A stretch of 50,629 nt of DNA from Octopus bimaculoides (Eukaryota): positions 94,332,247 to 94,382,875 of the forward strand of contig NC_068987.1 of the NCBI RefSeq assembly GCF_001194135.2, given 5' to 3'. Below, in pieces: positions 48,545 to 50,629 of this stretch. Position 1 is the stretch's first letter. Each line of letters opens with the position of its first letter. Below the pieces are notes generated by a model that was not told the origin of the DNA, ran no database searches, and worked only from the letters and a program-made list of their open reading frames with translations. Position numbers and translations under genes: made by a program.

Positions 48545-48617
48545 ATTTATATAGATAGATAGATAGATTGAGCGAGAGAGATAATATTTATATGTGAGTA
48601 TGTGTGCGCGCGCGTAC

Positions 48618-48930
48618 GAAGGCGTATGTCATAATGGTTAGCATATTTGGGACACGATCCTGTGTTCGATACCCGGTGGTGTGTTGTGTCCTTGAGCAAG
48701 ACAATTTATTTCACGTTGCTTGGTTCCACTCAGGTGGCAAAATGAGGTCTACTTGTGATTCAGAATGTCAGCCTTGCACATTCTGTGTCGTACTGCATCT
48801 CCTCCTCTGAGGGTATGTGCCTCTGCTGAGTGCTAAGCCCCCTGCACATTCATTTCGAAAGCAGACTGTTTCATTAATCGAATCAACTGGAGCACTCACT
48901 CCTCGTCGTCATCGACGGTGTGCCGGTAAA
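48618..48930 (+). mobile_element. tRNA-derived SINE, family 3
   Basis: A-box-like CATAATGGTTAG, B box GTGTTCGATACCC, core GTGTCCTTGAGCAAGAC...CCACTCAGGTGGCAAAATGA. Confidence 0.8.
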
Positions 48931-48975
48931 TATATACATACTTAAATACATACATATGTCTATACAATATATATG

Positions 48976-49073
<98 letters not shown>

Positions 49074-49276
49074 CATTCGTGTGTGTGTTTTTATGTATGT
49101 GTGTGTTTGTGTGTGTGTGTGAGTGCGTGTGTTCCTTCCGTTCTTTAAAATTATCCTTCTCTCGCAATCGTTTATGATTTTTTTTAGTTCCTCCCGCTCT
49201 CTCTTTCCTCTCTTCCCTTTTTTTACATTTTATAACATTTTCTCCCATAATCCCCCACCATCTACCTAACATATAC

Positions 49277-49308
<32 letters not shown>

Positions 49309-49957
49309 NNNNNNNNNNNNNNNNNNNNNNNNNNNNNNNNNNNNNNNNNNNNNNNNNNNNNNNNNNNNNNNNNNNNNNNNNNNNNNNNNNNNNNNNNNNN
49401 NNNNNNNNNNNNNNNNNNNNNNNNNNNNNNNNNNNNNNNNNNNNNNNNNNNNNNNNNNNNNNNNNNNNNNNNNNNNNNNNNNNNNNNNNNNNNNNNNNNN
49501 NNNNNNNNNNNNNNNNNNNNNNNNNNNNNNNNNNNNNNNNNNNNNNNNNNNNNNNNNNNNNNNNNNNNNNNNNNNNNNNNNNNNNNNNNNNNNNNNNNNN
49601 NNNNNNNNNNNNNNNNNNNNNNNNNNNNNNNNNNNNNNNNNNNNNNNNNNNNNNNNNNNNNNNNNNNNNNNNNNNNNNNNNNNNNNNNNNNNNNNNNNNN
49701 NNNNNNNNNNNNNNNNNNNNNNNNNNNNNNNNNNNNNNNNNNNNNNNCCAGCAATATCAACTATTCCTGCTGGTGCCACCATCACAACCAACGGGTTCAA
49801 GCTTCGGCAATCGTCACCACCGCCATCACCGCTTCCACTGCCTCCACCACCGCCGCTATGTTTTCGTGTCTCTTGGACTTAATGTTTTCCTGTCTTCAGG
49901 GCCCAAATGACATTTAATAGCAAAAAATGTTCTCTTCCTTGCAGCCTGTGCACGCAT

Positions 49958-49999
<42 letters not shown>

Positions 50000-50434
50000 G
50001 CATATAGAAACACACATACGAAGAGAGAGAGAGGGAGAGAAAGAGAGAGAGAGAGAGGGAGAGAAAGATAGAGAGAGGGAGAGAAAGAGAGAGGGAGAGA
50101 AAGAGAGAGAGATTCCTGTAGCAGTATATCGTATATATATATATATTATACAGTCAGGGAGTAAACACACACAACTAAGGGGGTATTTGTGGGTATGCAT
50201 ACGCATCCGTATTTGAGCGTGTATATGCGTTTGTGCGCGTGAATGAGTGTGTGTGTGTGTGTGTGTGTCTAAACGTTAATCACACAGACACTCGCACATA
50301 CACGTGACTATATACATGCGCGCCTAAATTTACAAGTGAGATATAAAGTACGCAATACTGAGGAAGTGTGTTATGTGGTTAGAGAAAGCAATTTCAAAAT
50401 TCACACTAGTAAAATTGTGCTGTCTGATAATTAT

Positions 50435-50590
50435 TATATGAGGACCAGATAGTCAACCGACAACTGATGAAGGGTCCTTTTTCTGTGGTGTACCGTTTTC
50501 CATTTTTTTCTCGTTGTTTACGTAATTCACTCGTTTTTCCACGTTTGTTACGTATTTCATGCTATTTGCACCGTTTGTGACATCCTGTAC

Positions 50591-50605
<15 letters not shown>
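50435..50605 (+). mobile_element. Structured dispersed repeat, copy E (3' part only)
   Basis: ATGAGGACCAGATAGTCAACCGACAACTGATGAAGG aligns with 48133-48168; ends CCTGTACCCA followed by (TA)n. Confidence 0.6.

Positions 50606-50629
<24 letters not shown>

Overview
This is AT-rich, repeat-dense animal genomic DNA with about 15 N-gaps, most of them flanked by microsatellites. The SINE families and microsatellite load suggest a coleoid cephalopod such as Octopus; that is inferred from recognised repeat types, not from a search. Nearly all long ORFs in the supplied track are artefacts of microsatellites or N-runs. Retroelement debris: three tRNA-derived SINE families, CR1-type LINEs, R4/Dong-like RLE LINEs and RTE remnants. 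DNA-transposon debris: Tc1/mariner relics, a TTAA piggyBac-type MITE, an 8-bp-TSD MITE carrying (TTAGGG)4, and a ~320-bp foldback. Two 88-nt candidate coding exons (3506-3593 and 21604-21691, + strand) suggest the window may lie in large introns of a + strand gene. The most unusual signal is a dispersed repeat with five copies, three of them informative. Its sequence-divergent copies keep the same hairpin plus H-type pseudoknot through compensatory changes. Four copies carry hammerhead-like GAAA and CUGANGA boxes in swapped order, 27-29 nt apart. No rRNA, true tRNA gene or CRISPR array was seen.
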